A DNA stretch of 64,000 bases, taken from positions 422 through 64,421 of the forward strand of contig JADYZO010000005.1 in the NCBI GenBank assembly GCA_020853135.1, given 5' to 3'. Shown piece after piece: positions 36,235 to 45,550 of this stretch. The notes under the pieces were generated by a model, which saw only the letters and a program-made list of their open reading frames with translations, did no database searches and was not told where the DNA came from. A program made the translations under genes and the position numbers. Positions within the stretch are counted from its first letter, which is position 1; the number at the start of each line of letters is the position of its first letter. This DNA comes from Gammaproteobacteria bacterium (GTDB lineage: Bacteria; Pseudomonadota; Gammaproteobacteria; Steroidobacterales; GCA-2729495).

Positions 36235-38216
36235 GCGACGTCCCCGCTGGCGAATGCCTCGGACTCCACGGCTGCCACGCGCGCCAGCTTCGGGAACACC
36301 ACGCGGGTGCCCGGGCGCACCTGGTCGAGGTCGAGCCTGGGGTTGTACTGTCGCAGCAGCCACACCGGCACCTTGTACTTCTGGGCAGCCAGGATCCACA
36401 CCGACTCGCCCCGGCGCAGCAGGTGCTCGGTCGTGTCGGTGATGCGGTAGTGGCTGAAGAACTCCTCCTGCATGTCGTGGTGGTAGGCCACGCGGCGCGA
36501 CAGGAAGACTTCGCGGCTGACCTTGCTGAACACCAGGCGTACGCGCTGGCCCATCACCAGCGCGCGCTTGTCCTGCCAGCCGTTGGCCTTGCGCAGATCC
36601 TCCGGACCGACCTCCAGCCAGCCGGCATAGTGGCTGAGGGTCTCGGCAGCCTGCACCTCGACGGTATCGTTGTCACCGACGAGGTAGTTGCTCGGATCGG
36701 CCAGCGAGGCGGAGATGCCACCGGCATCGCCGGCGGGCTGCTTCGCCTGCGCGGGGGTTTCGATGGCGGGCAGGTCCGGGCCGATGGCCGGGGGGGCGGC
36801 GGCCGCGGCAGGCACCGGGGCAGCTGCGGCCGGCTTCGGCGCCGCTCGCGGCGGCTGCGCCTTTGGTGCGGGTCCGGCACTGGCCAGCGTCGCCGGCGCC
36901 CGGCCTGGCAGCTTGAGCGCCTGGCCGACCCGGATGCGGCCGCCCGGTTTCAGGCCGTTGGCCTGGGCGAGCTGGCTGACACTGATGCCGTAGCGCGCGG
37001 CGATGCGCCCCAGCGTCTCGCCGCGCTTCACCTGGTGGACCTTGTCCGGCACCTGGCTGTCGAAGCGCTGCACAGACGGGATCGAGGCCAGCAGCTGCTG
37101 GGCCGGGGCGTCGATCACCTGGCCGGCTGGCAGGCGCAGGCGGAACCCGCGCGGCACGTACTTGGCGCCCGTCCATACCGGGGGCAGCAGCGCCGGGTTG
37201 TAGGTCTGCAGGGTGGAGCGCGACACGCCAAAGGCCTTTTCCAGCGCATCGACACGCATGTAATCGGGCATCTCCACCACCAGCGGCTCACGCGAGGCCT
37301 CACGACGGACCGGGCCGAAGAACTTCTCCGGATCCTGCTCGATCTCCAGCGCCGCCAGGAACGAGACATAGAAGTTGCGCGAGGCAAAGCGGAAGGCCGG
37401 CCCGTTGTAGCCCCGGATGATGGTCTCGATGTCACTGGTGCCCATGCTGTCCACGGCCCTGCGCATGCCGGCGGCACCGTGGTTGTAGGCGGTGATGGCC
37501 AGCGGCCAGGTACCCAGCAGGTCATGGTTGTAGCGCAGCAGGCGGGCGGCCGCCTCGCTGGATTCGTAGGGATCACGGCGCTCGTCCACGGCCTGGTCGA
37601 TGCGCATGAAGCGCCTGCCGGTGTCGCCGGTGAACTGCCACAGGCCGGCGGCGCCGATGAAGGACCGCGCGTTGGGGTCGAAGGAGGACTCCACGTGCGG
37701 CAGTGCCGCCACTTCTTCGGGGACACCCGCCTGGCGCAGGCTCCTGCGGATGTGGTCGCGCCACTGGCCCGAGCGCACCAGGCCGGCGTGGAAGCGCTCG
37801 GCGAGCCCCTGCTGGAAACGCACCCGCTCGGCGGCCTCGCGCAATTCGGCATTGCTGACGTCCGCCGGCCACAGGGCCAGCACCCGCCGGGACTCCGCGT
37901 CGAGGCCGCTGCGCTCGCCGGTGGCCAGCAGGCGCAGGATGCGCTCGTATTTCGCGCGGGCGGCCTCCGCGAGGCGCTGCAGCCGCGCCTGGCTGCCCTC
38001 GCCCGAGGCATCGATCTTCTCGTAAACGATGTCGAGGTGGCGGTTGTCGTGGACCAGGCCCTGCTCCGAGGTGCACTCGGCAAAGGCGCGCTGCCAGAAG
38101 ACCACCTCCGCCCTCAGGCCGGGGGGACGCGGCAAGGCATCGTCGGCCGACGCTGCGGCGACGAACAATACCAGCACGGCCGTGACAGCCGGCAGCACCC
38201 TGGTCAGAACGGACAT
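36231..38216 (-). CDS. Lytic transglycosylase with SLT and LysM domains (MltD-like)
   Basis: LPHVESSF, AAGLWQF, AITAYNHG; LysM HQVKRGETLGRIAARYG; ATG at 38216. Confidence 0.9.
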   Translation of the reverse strand: MSVLTRVLPAVTAVLVLFVAAASADDALPRPPGLRAEVVFWQRAFAECTSEQGLVHDNRHLDIVYEKIDASGEGSQARLQRLAEAARAKYERILRLLATGERSGLDAESRRVLALWPADVSNAELREAAERVRFQQGLAERFHAGLVRSGQWRDHIRRSLRQAGVPEEVAALPHVESSFDPNARSFIGAAGLWQFTGDTGRRFMRIDQAVDERRDPYESSEAAARLLRYNHDLLGTWPLAITAYNHGAAGMRRAVDSMGTSDIETIIRGYNGPAFRFASRNFYVSFLAALEIEQDPEKFFGPVRREASREPLVVEMPDYMRVDALEKAFGVSRSTLQTYNPALLPPVWTGAKYVPRGFRLRLPAGQVIDAPAQQLLASIPSVQRFDSQVPDKVHQVKRGETLGRIAARYGISVSQLAQANGLKPGGRIRVGQALKLPGRAPATLASAGPAPKAQPPRAAPKPAAAAPVPAAAAAPPAIGPDLPAIETPAQAKQPAGDAGGISASLADPSNYLVGDNDTVEVQAAETLSHYAGWLEVGPEDLRKANGWQDKRALVMGQRVRLVFSKVSREVFLSRRVAYHHDMQEEFFSHYRITDTTEHLLRRGESVWILAAQKYKVPVWLLRQYNPRLDLDQVRPGTRVVFPKLARVAAVESEAFASGDVA

Positions 38217-38392
38217 CGACAACCCAAGCCCTGTGTTGGCCGATTCATAGCCAATCGGCCCCGCGAAAGCAAGCCGTCGGCCGGCGGCCGCGGCCTTGCC
38301 CGCGGGAGCGGACACCATGGCCTGAGGTTAGCCCTGGCCACGCCCGCCGGGGACGAACCGATTCACATAATCGGCAATGGCCGGCCGGCCAT

Positions 38393-39295
38393 TCAGCCGG
38401 CCCGGGGCTGGCCCACGTTGCGCAGTGCCGCGATCCGCTCGTCGAGCGGCGGGTGCGACATGAAGAGCCGCGAGATGCCACCGCCACCGGAAATGCCGAA
38501 GGCCTTCATGGAATCCGGCAATGCCGCCGGCCCATGGGCCGTCTTCAGGCGCTCCAGCGCGGCGATCATGCCGTCACGGCCGGCCAGGCCCGCGCCGCCC
38601 GCATCGGCGCGGAATTCGCGCTGGCGGGAGAACCAGGCAACGATCATGCTGGCGAGGATGCCGAGCAGCACCTGGGCGACCAGGCTGGTGATGAAGAAGG
38701 CCGGTCCCTGTCCGCGCCGGCCACCGCTGTCGGAGCGCGACAGTGCGCTGTCGACCACGTAGCCGATCACCCGCGACAGGAACAGCACGAAGGTGTTCAC
38801 GACACCCTGGATCAGGGTCAGCGTCACCATGTCGCCGTTGGCGACGTGGGTGATCTCGTGCCCCAGCACGGCCTCCACCTCGGTGCGGTTCATGCGCTGG
38901 AGCAGGCCGGTGCTGACCGCGACCAGTGCACTGTCACGCCGCGCGCCGGTGGCAAAGGCGTTCATGTCGGGCGCATCGTAGACGGCCACCTCGGGCATGC
39001 CGATGCCGGCCTGGCGGGCCTGGCGCTGCACGGTCTCGAGCAGCCAGGCCTCGGTGGCATCCCGCGGCTGGGTGATGACCCGCGCACCGGTGCTGCGCTT
39101 GGCCACCCACTTGGACATCGCCAGGGAAATCAGTGCGCCGCCGAAGCCGAAGACCGCACAGAAGCCAAGCAGGGCCGTGAAGTCGATCCCGCCCTGCTGG
39201 TCGAGCACGCGATCGAGCCCGAGGACCCGCGCGACCACCGACAGGACCGCCAGGACCGCGATGTTGGTGGCCAGGAGCAGGAAGATTCGCTTCAT
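38393..39295 (-). CDS. htpX: Membrane Zn-metalloprotease HtpX
   Basis: [22 protein letters not shown] (HExxH), [18 protein letters not shown]; start at 39295. Confidence 0.96.
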   Translation of the reverse strand: MKRIFLLLATNIAVLAVLSVVARVLGLDRVLDQQGGIDFTALLGFCAVFGFGGALISLAMSKWVAKRSTGARVITQPRDATEAWLLETVQRQARQAGIGMPEVAVYDAPDMNAFATGARRDSALVAVSTGLLQRMNRTEVEAVLGHEITHVANGDMVTLTLIQGVVNTFVLFLSRVIGYVVDSALSRSDSGGRRGQGPAFFITSLVAQVLLGILASMIVAWFSRQREFRADAGGAGLAGRDGMIAALERLKTAHGPAALPDSMKAFGISGGGGISRLFMSHPPLDERIAALRNVGQPRAG

Positions 39296-39334
39296 CACGG
39301 CAAGGTTTCTCCGGAAACCGCAAGGACGGCTATT

Positions 39335-39362
39335 TAGTGGTGCCCGGCATCCACAATTCAAG
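39335..39362 (-). promoter_or_regulatory. Sigma32 (RpoH) promoter of htpX
   Basis: Minus strand CTTGAA-N14-CACCACTA upstream of a heat-shock gene. Confidence 0.65.
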
Positions 39363-39466
39363 CCCCCCGCGACGCGGGCCAGCACACTGGCCGGGCAGCG
39401 GGCCTTTCAAGGTCGGGAGCGGCCACCTAGCATAGGCGGCCTGGCCACCGGACAGCCGCCACCGCG

Positions 39467-40426
39467 ATGACCCCGCCCTCCCTGCTGCGCTTCTGGCAGC
39501 CACGCTTCTGGCCCACCTGGGCCGGCCTCGGCGTGCTGCGCCTGCTCACACTGCTGCCCTTCCGCGCGCAACGGGCGGCCGGCGCGCTGCTGGGGAGGCT
39601 CGGCCTGCTGCTGGCCCGCGAACGGCGGGTCATCGCCGCCACCAACCTGCGGCTGTGCTTTCCCGAACTCGGCAAGCAGGAGCGCGACGCCCTGCTGCGC
39701 CGTCACTTCGCCTCGCTGGGCCTGCAGCTGATCGAACTCGGCATGGCGCTCTGGGCCAGCGATGCACGCGTGCGCCGGCTCTGGCGCATCGAGGGGCTGG
39801 AACACCTCCGGGAGGCGCTGGCCCGCGGGCACGGCGCCATCCTCCTGAGCGGACACTTCGCCGCGGTGGAATACTCCGGCCGGCGCTTCTGCATGGAAAT
39901 CCCCCACACCGCGGCGATCTACCGGCCGAACCGCAACCCGTTGCTGGATGCCATCCTGCTGCGCATGCGCATCCGCACCATCCGGCGGCTCGTCCCCAAG
40001 GACAGCATCCGCAAGCTGATCCGCTGCCTGGGCGAGGGCGAAACCGTCTGGTATGCACCCGACCAGAGCTTCCGGCGCAAGGGCAGCGTGCTGGTGCCCT
40101 TCTTTGGCGTTCCCGCCATGACCAGCGGTGCGCTGACCGGGCTGGCGCGCGTCAGCGGCGCCCCCGTGGTGCCCTACTTCGCCACCAGGCGCGCCGACGG
40201 GCGGGGCTACGAGATCCGCATCGAGCCGGCGCTGGCGGATTTCCCGGGGGGCGACCCGACCGCCGATGCCGCGCGCATCAACGCAGTGCTGGAGCGCCAC
40301 ATCCGCCAGGCGCCCGAGCAGTACTATTGGGTGCACCGGCGTTTCAAGGGCCGGCCCGCACCCCTTCCCGATCCCTACACGGACGGTGGCGAAGGGGAAC
40401 CCCCGCCAGCCTCCGCGGCCGCGTAG
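39467..40426 (+). CDS. lpxL: Lipid A late acyltransferase (LpxL/LpxP family)
   Basis: GHFAAVE, YRPNRNP, WYAPDQ, PFFG, PEQYYWVHRRFK. Confidence 0.9.
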   Translation: MTPPSLLRFWQPRFWPTWAGLGVLRLLTLLPFRAQRAAGALLGRLGLLLARERRVIAATNLRLCFPELGKQERDALLRRHFASLGLQLIELGMALWASDARVRRLWRIEGLEHLREALARGHGAILLSGHFAAVEYSGRRFCMEIPHTAAIYRPNRNPLLDAILLRMRIRTIRRLVPKDSIRKLIRCLGEGETVWYAPDQSFRRKGSVLVPFFGVPAMTSGALTGLARVSGAPVVPYFATRRADGRGYEIRIEPALADFPGGDPTADAARINAVLERHIRQAPEQYYWVHRRFKGRPAPLPDPYTDGGEGEPPPASAAA

Positions 40427-41118
40427 CCCGCCAGCAGCGCCGACCACTCCGCGGCGCCGAAACCGCGGGCGGCCGTCGCGGCAACCTTCACGAGCGAACG
40501 GTGCAGCCGTGCAAGATTGCGCCGGCGCCAGGCACCGGATCGCGCCATGATGCGCCCGCGGTCGAAATCCAGCAGGAAGACCTCCCCACGGTCATTGACC
40601 TGCACGTTGTGGGCGTTGAGGTCCGCGTGGAACACGCCGGCCGCGTGGAAGCGGCCGATGCACGCGCCGACGCCCCGCCACAGCGCCTGCGGCAGCGGCC
40701 CGGCGGCCAGCACAGCGGAGAGCGGCATGACATCAGGGATGCGCCGGGTGATGAGGTCGGCCCGGTACAGCAGGCCGCGGCGCAGGTAGCGCGCTGCCAC
40801 CGGGCAGGGCACCGGCAGCCCCGCGGCACGCAGCTGCGCGAGCAGCCGCCATTCGCGAAAGCAGCGGGTACGGGCCTCACCGGTCCAGGCGAAGGCATCG
40901 CTGCTGATGCGTGCCGCCTGCCCGCCGCGGTGGTAGTGCCGCAGGACCCAGTCCTCGCCCGCGCAGCGGATGAACAGCGTGACGCCGCGGCCCTGGACAC
41001 GTGGCGCACCGGGCCACGAGGCCGGGTCGAACCAGGCCTCCTCGATATGGTTGGCGAGGGAAGCATCATATAGGATGACGCTCTCGCCGATCCGCGCTAC
41101 ACGCTCCACGCAAAGCAT
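40375..41118 (-). CDS. kdkA: 3-deoxy-D-manno-octulosonic acid kinase
   Basis: VLRHYHRGG, RCFREWRLL, FHADLNAHNV, LLDFDRG, NLARLHRSL; start at ATG 41118 or GTG 41109. Confidence 0.9.
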   Translation of the reverse strand: MLCVERVARIGESVILYDASLANHIEEAWFDPASWPGAPRVQGRGVTLFIRCAGEDWVLRHYHRGGQAARISSDAFAWTGEARTRCFREWRLLAQLRAAGLPVPCPVAARYLRRGLLYRADLITRRIPDVMPLSAVLAAGPLPQALWRGVGACIGRFHAAGVFHADLNAHNVQVNDRGEVFLLDFDRGRIMARSGAWRRRNLARLHRSLVKVAATAARGFGAAEWSALLAGYAAAEAGGGSPSPPSV

Positions 41119-42199
41119 GCCACCTACATCCGGTCGACCGCCAGGGAATGGGCCGGAGTCGATCTGCCTCGTGCGGCTCTCGGCCATCGGTGACTGCTGC
41201 CACACGCTCCCCGTCCTCAGGACCCTCCAGGCCGCCTGGCCGCACACGCACTTCACGTGGGTGATCGGCAGGACCGAGCATGGGCTCATGGACGGCGTGG
41301 ACGGCGTGGAGTTTATCACCTTCGACAAGCGCCACCCCGCGGCGAGCCTTGCGGGCATCCGCCGGCAACTGCGCGGGCGCCGCTTTCCGGTGCTGCTCCA
41401 CATGCACGCCTCGATGCGCGCCAACCTGGTGAGCTGCATGGTCAGCGCCGGGCGGCGCATCGGCTTCGATCGCGCGCGCGCGCGCGACTGGCAGTGGCTG
41501 TTCACCAACGAGCGGATCGCGCCGCAGGCGGGCCAGCACGTGATGGACGGGCTCCTCGGCTTCGCCGGGCAGCTCGGCATCCACGGGCGCGAGCTGCGCT
41601 GGGACATCCCCGTCAGCGAAGCCGACCGCGCCTTCGCCGCCGCCCAGGCCGGCGGCAGCGGCCCGGTGGTGGTCATCAGCCCCTGCAGCAGCCAGCGCCT
41701 GCGCAACTACCGCAACTGGCGGATCGGGAATTACAGCGCGGTCGTGGCGCACCTGCAGGAGGCCCACGGCGCGCAGGTGATCCTGAGTGGCGCCAGCAGC
41801 GCCATTGAAGCGCGCTACGGCGAGGCGCTGGCCGCCAGCGCCCCCCGCCCGCTCGTGAACCTCATCGGCCGCACCAGCCTGAAGCAGCTCCTGGCGCTGC
41901 TCGATCGTGCCGACCTGCTCATCTGCCCGGACTCCGGCCCCGCGCACATGGCCACCGCGGTGGGCACGCCGGTGGTGGGCCTCTACGCCACCTCCAACCG
42001 CCTGCGCACGGGGCCCTATTTCAGCCAGGACCTCGTGGTGGACCGCTACCCGGAGGCCGTGCAGCGCGAATTCGGCGTCCCGGTGGCGCAGCTGCGCTGG
42101 GGCCAGCGGGTGCGCGACCCGGGCGCGATGGACCTGATCTCCCCGGCCGATGTCATCGCCACGGTCGACCGGGCCCTCGGCCACCGGCCCCGGACGTGA
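41117..42199 (+). CDS. GT9 glycosyltransferase (OpsX-like heptosyltransferase)
   Basis: ICLVRLSAIGDCCH, RRIGFD, DSGPAHMATAVGTPVVGLYA; divergent from kdkA. Confidence 0.88.
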   Translation: MPPTSGRPPGNGPESICLVRLSAIGDCCHTLPVLRTLQAAWPHTHFTWVIGRTEHGLMDGVDGVEFITFDKRHPAASLAGIRRQLRGRRFPVLLHMHASMRANLVSCMVSAGRRIGFDRARARDWQWLFTNERIAPQAGQHVMDGLLGFAGQLGIHGRELRWDIPVSEADRAFAAAQAGGSGPVVVISPCSSQRLRNYRNWRIGNYSAVVAHLQEAHGAQVILSGASSAIEARYGEALAASAPRPLVNLIGRTSLKQLLALLDRADLLICPDSGPAHMATAVGTPVVGLYATSNRLRTGPYFSQDLVVDRYPEAVQREFGVPVAQLRWGQRVRDPGAMDLISPADVIATVDRALGHRPRT

Positions 42200-42217
42200 T
42201 GTGCCGGGCGCGGCGGC

Positions 42218-43222
42218 TCAGCCAAGCGAGGCGCGCACCGCCGCCACCGTGATGCCGCGCAGGCAGTGCAGGTGGCCGAGCGGGCACTCGCGCTGGAAGC
42301 AGGGACTGCAGTCGAGCGCGAGGTAGTGGATGCTGCACCGGTCGGTGAGCGGCGGGGTGAAGTGCGGCGAGCTCGAGCCATAGAGCGCGATGACGCGCGT
42401 GCCGGCGGCCGCGGCCACGTGCATGAGGCCGGAGTCGTTGGTCACCGCGGCACGCGCCGCCGAGAGCAGGTCGACGCTGTCCTCGAGCCGGGTCTGCCCG
42501 CAGAGGTTGTGCACCCCGGTGCCGGCCACGGCACGGATGTGCTCGCCGAGCGGCCTTTCGGCGGCCGAGCCGAGCACCCAGACCTCCTCGCCGCCGCTGA
42601 CGATGTCCGCCGCCAGTCCGGCGAAGTGCCCGATCGGCCATTGCTTGGCCGGCCCGTAGGCTGCCCCCGGCATGAGCGCCACTGCCGGCGCATGCCCGAG
42701 ACCCAGTCGTCCGAGCAGGGCGGCGCGGTTGTCGGCATCGACCGTCAGGACCGGGAACGGCGGAGGGTCGGGCAGCGGCGCGCCGCGCGGCAGGCCAAGG
42801 GCGAGGAAGCGCCTGACGGTCTGGTCGAGCAGCGCGCGATCCAGCGGGCGCGGATCGGTCAGCAGCCAGCGCCGTCCCTCCGTGGCAAAGCCTGTACGCA
42901 CCGGAATGCGCGCGAACCAGGGCAGCAGTGCCGCCTTCAGGGATCGCGGCAGCACGATCGCACGGTCATAGCCCGTGTTGCGCAGCTCGCGGCCGAGACG
43001 GCGGCGGACGCCGAACGCGAGCTCGCCGTGGCGGACATCCAGGGCGATGCCCCGGCGCACCTCCGGCATGCGTGCGGCCAGCGGCACCGACCACGGCGGG
43101 CCGGTGAGGTCGATCAGGGCCTGGGGGTCGCGCTGGCGCAGCAGCCGCAGGAGCGACTGCGCCATGACCATGTCGCCGATCCAGGCGGGGCCGACGACCA
43201 GGATCTTCTCGCCCGCGGCCAT
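42218..43222 (-). CDS. waaF: LPS heptosyltransferase II
   Basis: ILVVGPAWIGDMVMAQSL, PGAAYGPAKQWP, TNDSGLMHVAAA, TPPL, CSPCFQRECPLGH. Confidence 0.95.
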   Translation of the reverse strand: MAAGEKILVVGPAWIGDMVMAQSLLRLLRQRDPQALIDLTGPPWSVPLAARMPEVRRGIALDVRHGELAFGVRRRLGRELRNTGYDRAIVLPRSLKAALLPWFARIPVRTGFATEGRRWLLTDPRPLDRALLDQTVRRFLALGLPRGAPLPDPPPFPVLTVDADNRAALLGRLGLGHAPAVALMPGAAYGPAKQWPIGHFAGLAADIVSGGEEVWVLGSAAERPLGEHIRAVAGTGVHNLCGQTRLEDSVDLLSAARAAVTNDSGLMHVAAAAGTRVIALYGSSSPHFTPPLTDRCSIHYLALDCSPCFQRECPLGHLHCLRGITVAAVRASLG

Positions 43223-43235
43223 GGGTCCCGGCCGC

Positions 43236-44189
43236 CTATGCCGCGCTGGCCTTCAGCCAGTCGAGGTAGGCACGCACGCCCTCTTCCAGCCCGATGAAAT
43301 CGTGCGGATAGCCCGCCAGGCGCAGGGTGGCCAGGTCCGCCTCGGTGAAGCTCTGGTAGCCGGCCAGCAGGCCGGGCGGAAACGGCACGTAGCGGATCCG
43401 GCCCCGGCCGTGCCAGGCGATGACCGCGCGGGCCACGTCGTTGAAGCTGCGCGCACGGCCCGTGCCGAGGTTGAATATCCCGCGGCTGCCGCCATGCGCG
43501 AGGAACCAGAGGTTGGCACGCGCCACGTCATCCACATGGATGAAGTCGCGCCGCTGCTCGCCCGGGCCATGGCCATGGCTGCCCTCGAACAGGCGCAGCT
43601 CCTCGCCCTGCCCGAGCTGGTTGTGGAAGTGCCAGATCACGCTGGCCATCGCGCCCTTGTGGGCCTCGCCCGGGCCGTAGACGTTGAAGTAGCGCAACCC
43701 CACCACCGGCGACTGCGCGCTGGCAACGAGGCGCCTCACGTGCTGGTCGAAGACCAACTTGGACCAGGCGTACACGTTGACAGGCCGTTCGCACTCCGGC
43801 GCCACGCGCGACTCCCGGCCGGCGCCATACACCGAGGCCGAGGAGGCATAGACGAGCGCCACCCCCTTCTCCAGGCACCAGTGGAGCAGCTCGCGGGAGA
43901 AGGCGTGGTTGCGCTGCATCATCAGCCGCCCGTCCCACTCCGTGGTGACGGTGCAGGCCCCCTGGTGCAGCACGCCGGACACCCTGCCGCCGAAGTCCCG
44001 GCGGGCGGCCAGGTGTGCGAGGAACTCCTCGTGGTCAAGATAGTCGGCGATGCGCGCGCCGGCCAGGTTCATCGCCTTGTGCCCATCGGCCAGGTCGTCC
44101 ACCACCAGGATGTCGGTGACGCCGGCCTCGTTCAGGTGCCGGACGATGTTCGAGCCGATGAAGCCGGCGCCGCCGGTGACGATGATCAT
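43236..44189 (-). CDS. hldD: ADP-L-glycero-D-manno-heptose 6-epimerase
   Basis: MIIVTGGAGFIGSN, HQGAC, YASSA, YAWSK, RYFNVYGP, YQSFTEAD; ATG at 44189. Confidence 0.95.
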   Translation of the reverse strand: MIIVTGGAGFIGSNIVRHLNEAGVTDILVVDDLADGHKAMNLAGARIADYLDHEEFLAHLAARRDFGGRVSGVLHQGACTVTTEWDGRLMMQRNHAFSRELLHWCLEKGVALVYASSASVYGAGRESRVAPECERPVNVYAWSKLVFDQHVRRLVASAQSPVVGLRYFNVYGPGEAHKGAMASVIWHFHNQLGQGEELRLFEGSHGHGPGEQRRDFIHVDDVARANLWFLAHGGSRGIFNLGTGRARSFNDVARAVIAWHGRGRIRYVPFPPGLLAGYQSFTEADLATLRLAGYPHDFIGLEEGVRAYLDWLKASAA

Positions 44190-45250
44190 GTGCTGGCTGC
44201 CACTGCCCCGGGGAGCAGGCTCCGGTAGATGTTGACGTAGCGCCCGGTCATGGCCGCGGGCGAATACTCGCGGGCCCGGGCACGGTTCACCGTGGCCATC
44301 CGTTCGCGCAGCCCGGCATCCGCATGCAGGCGGAGCACCGCCGCGGTGAGGCCGGCGACATCGTCGACCTCGCAAAGCAGCCCGCCGCTGCCGTCGCTGA
44401 CGACCTCCGGTATGCCGCCCACCCGCGTCGCCACCACCGGCAGCCCGAACCCCATGGCGTCGAGCAGGATCGAGCCCAGGCCCTCGTGCCGCGAAGGATA
44501 GAGAAAGACGTCCATGGCAGCCAGATGGCTGCCGACATCGCGCACCTCGCCGGCGAAGCGCACGTTGGGCAGGGAGGCGGCCTCGGCCCGCAGCGCCGCC
44601 TCGTCGCGGCCCGAGCCGACCAGCAGGTAGCCGATGTCCGGGGCGCATTGCAGGGTCTCGCGGGCCACCGCCAGGATCTGCCGCTGCCCCTTGTGCGAGT
44701 CCACCAGCGCGCCGATGTGGCCGACGATGAAGCCGCCGCCGGACTGCCGGCGCAGCTCCGCCACCCGTCCGGGCGTGGCGGCCAGGCCCGCGCTGGCACT
44801 GGGGATCACTTCCCAGGCCAGCGCGGCATCCAGTGCCGAGATCGCGGCACCGATGGCCCGCGACAGCACCACGATGCGGGCCGCGCGGCGGTACAGGTCA
44901 CGGTTGAGGGCGTGGTGCCTGGGCCCCTGCTGCACGCGCCGCGTCACCAGGTAGCGCGCCCCGCCACCGAGCCGGTTGAGCCAGGCCGCCTGCAGCGCGC
45001 GGGCCTCATGCGCATGCACCAGGCCGGCACCGCGCAACGCCAGCGCCGCGGCCAGCACGTTGCCGGCCACCTGCCGCAGTTCCACCCCGGGAACATCCGC
45101 CAGGCAACGCGCAAGGCCTTCGCCACGCCGGACCACCACACGCTGTGCCCATCCCCCGGCCGCCAGGCCACGCACCAGCAGCTCGGTCTGCCGCTCGCCC
45201 CCGCGGAAACCGCGCGCCAGGTTGATGTGCGCGATCAGCGGCCCGGCCAC
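44186..45250 (-). CDS. GT4 glycosyltransferase
   Basis: FRGGERQT, KGQ, PSRHEGLGSILLDAM, TRVGGIPEVV. Confidence 0.88.
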   Translation of the reverse strand: MAGPLIAHINLARGFRGGERQTELLVRGLAAGGWAQRVVVRRGEGLARCLADVPGVELRQVAGNVLAAALALRGAGLVHAHEARALQAAWLNRLGGGARYLVTRRVQQGPRHHALNRDLYRRAARIVVLSRAIGAAISALDAALAWEVIPSASAGLAATPGRVAELRRQSGGGFIVGHIGALVDSHKGQRQILAVARETLQCAPDIGYLLVGSGRDEAALRAEAASLPNVRFAGEVRDVGSHLAAMDVFLYPSRHEGLGSILLDAMGFGLPVVATRVGGIPEVVSDGSGGLLCEVDDVAGLTAAVLRLHADAGLRERMATVNRARAREYSPAAMTGRYVNIYRSLLPGAVAAST

Positions 45251-45265
45251 GGCGGCGCGCGCGTG

Positions 45266-45475
45266 TCAGCGCACCAGGTGGTAGGTGGCACTGCAGTACG
45301 GGCACTTGATGGTGCCGCCCGCGGCTTCGATGGGCAGGAACACCCGTGGGTGCGAGTTCCACAGGTACATGCCCGGCATGGGACAGGACAGCGGCAGGTC
45401 CGCCGGGTTGACCTGGTAGCGGTGCTCGGCATTGGGCTGGATCAGCTGCTGGCTGCGGGCCTGCGGTGTGGGCAC
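45266..45475 (-). CDS. zf-CHCC zinc-finger domain protein
   Basis: CP...WNSHPRVFLP...CPYC pattern. Confidence 0.88.
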   Translation of the reverse strand: MPTPQARSQQLIQPNAEHRYQVNPADLPLSCPMPGMYLWNSHPRVFLPIEAAGGTIKCPYCSATYHLVR

Positions 45476-45550
45476 GACGGTCTCCGGTGAATCAGGTGGC
45501 TGGCGGGATTATAAGCGCTGCCGGCGCACTGGCCCGCGGCGCAGCAGGCG

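Noticed and set aside
40375-41706. 443-aa ORF-track version of kdkA, and other long N-terminal extensions (DUF47, ruvX, hldD, glnE, amrB)
   Set aside because: The extensions overlap real neighbouring genes; family-typical N-termini begin at internal start codons
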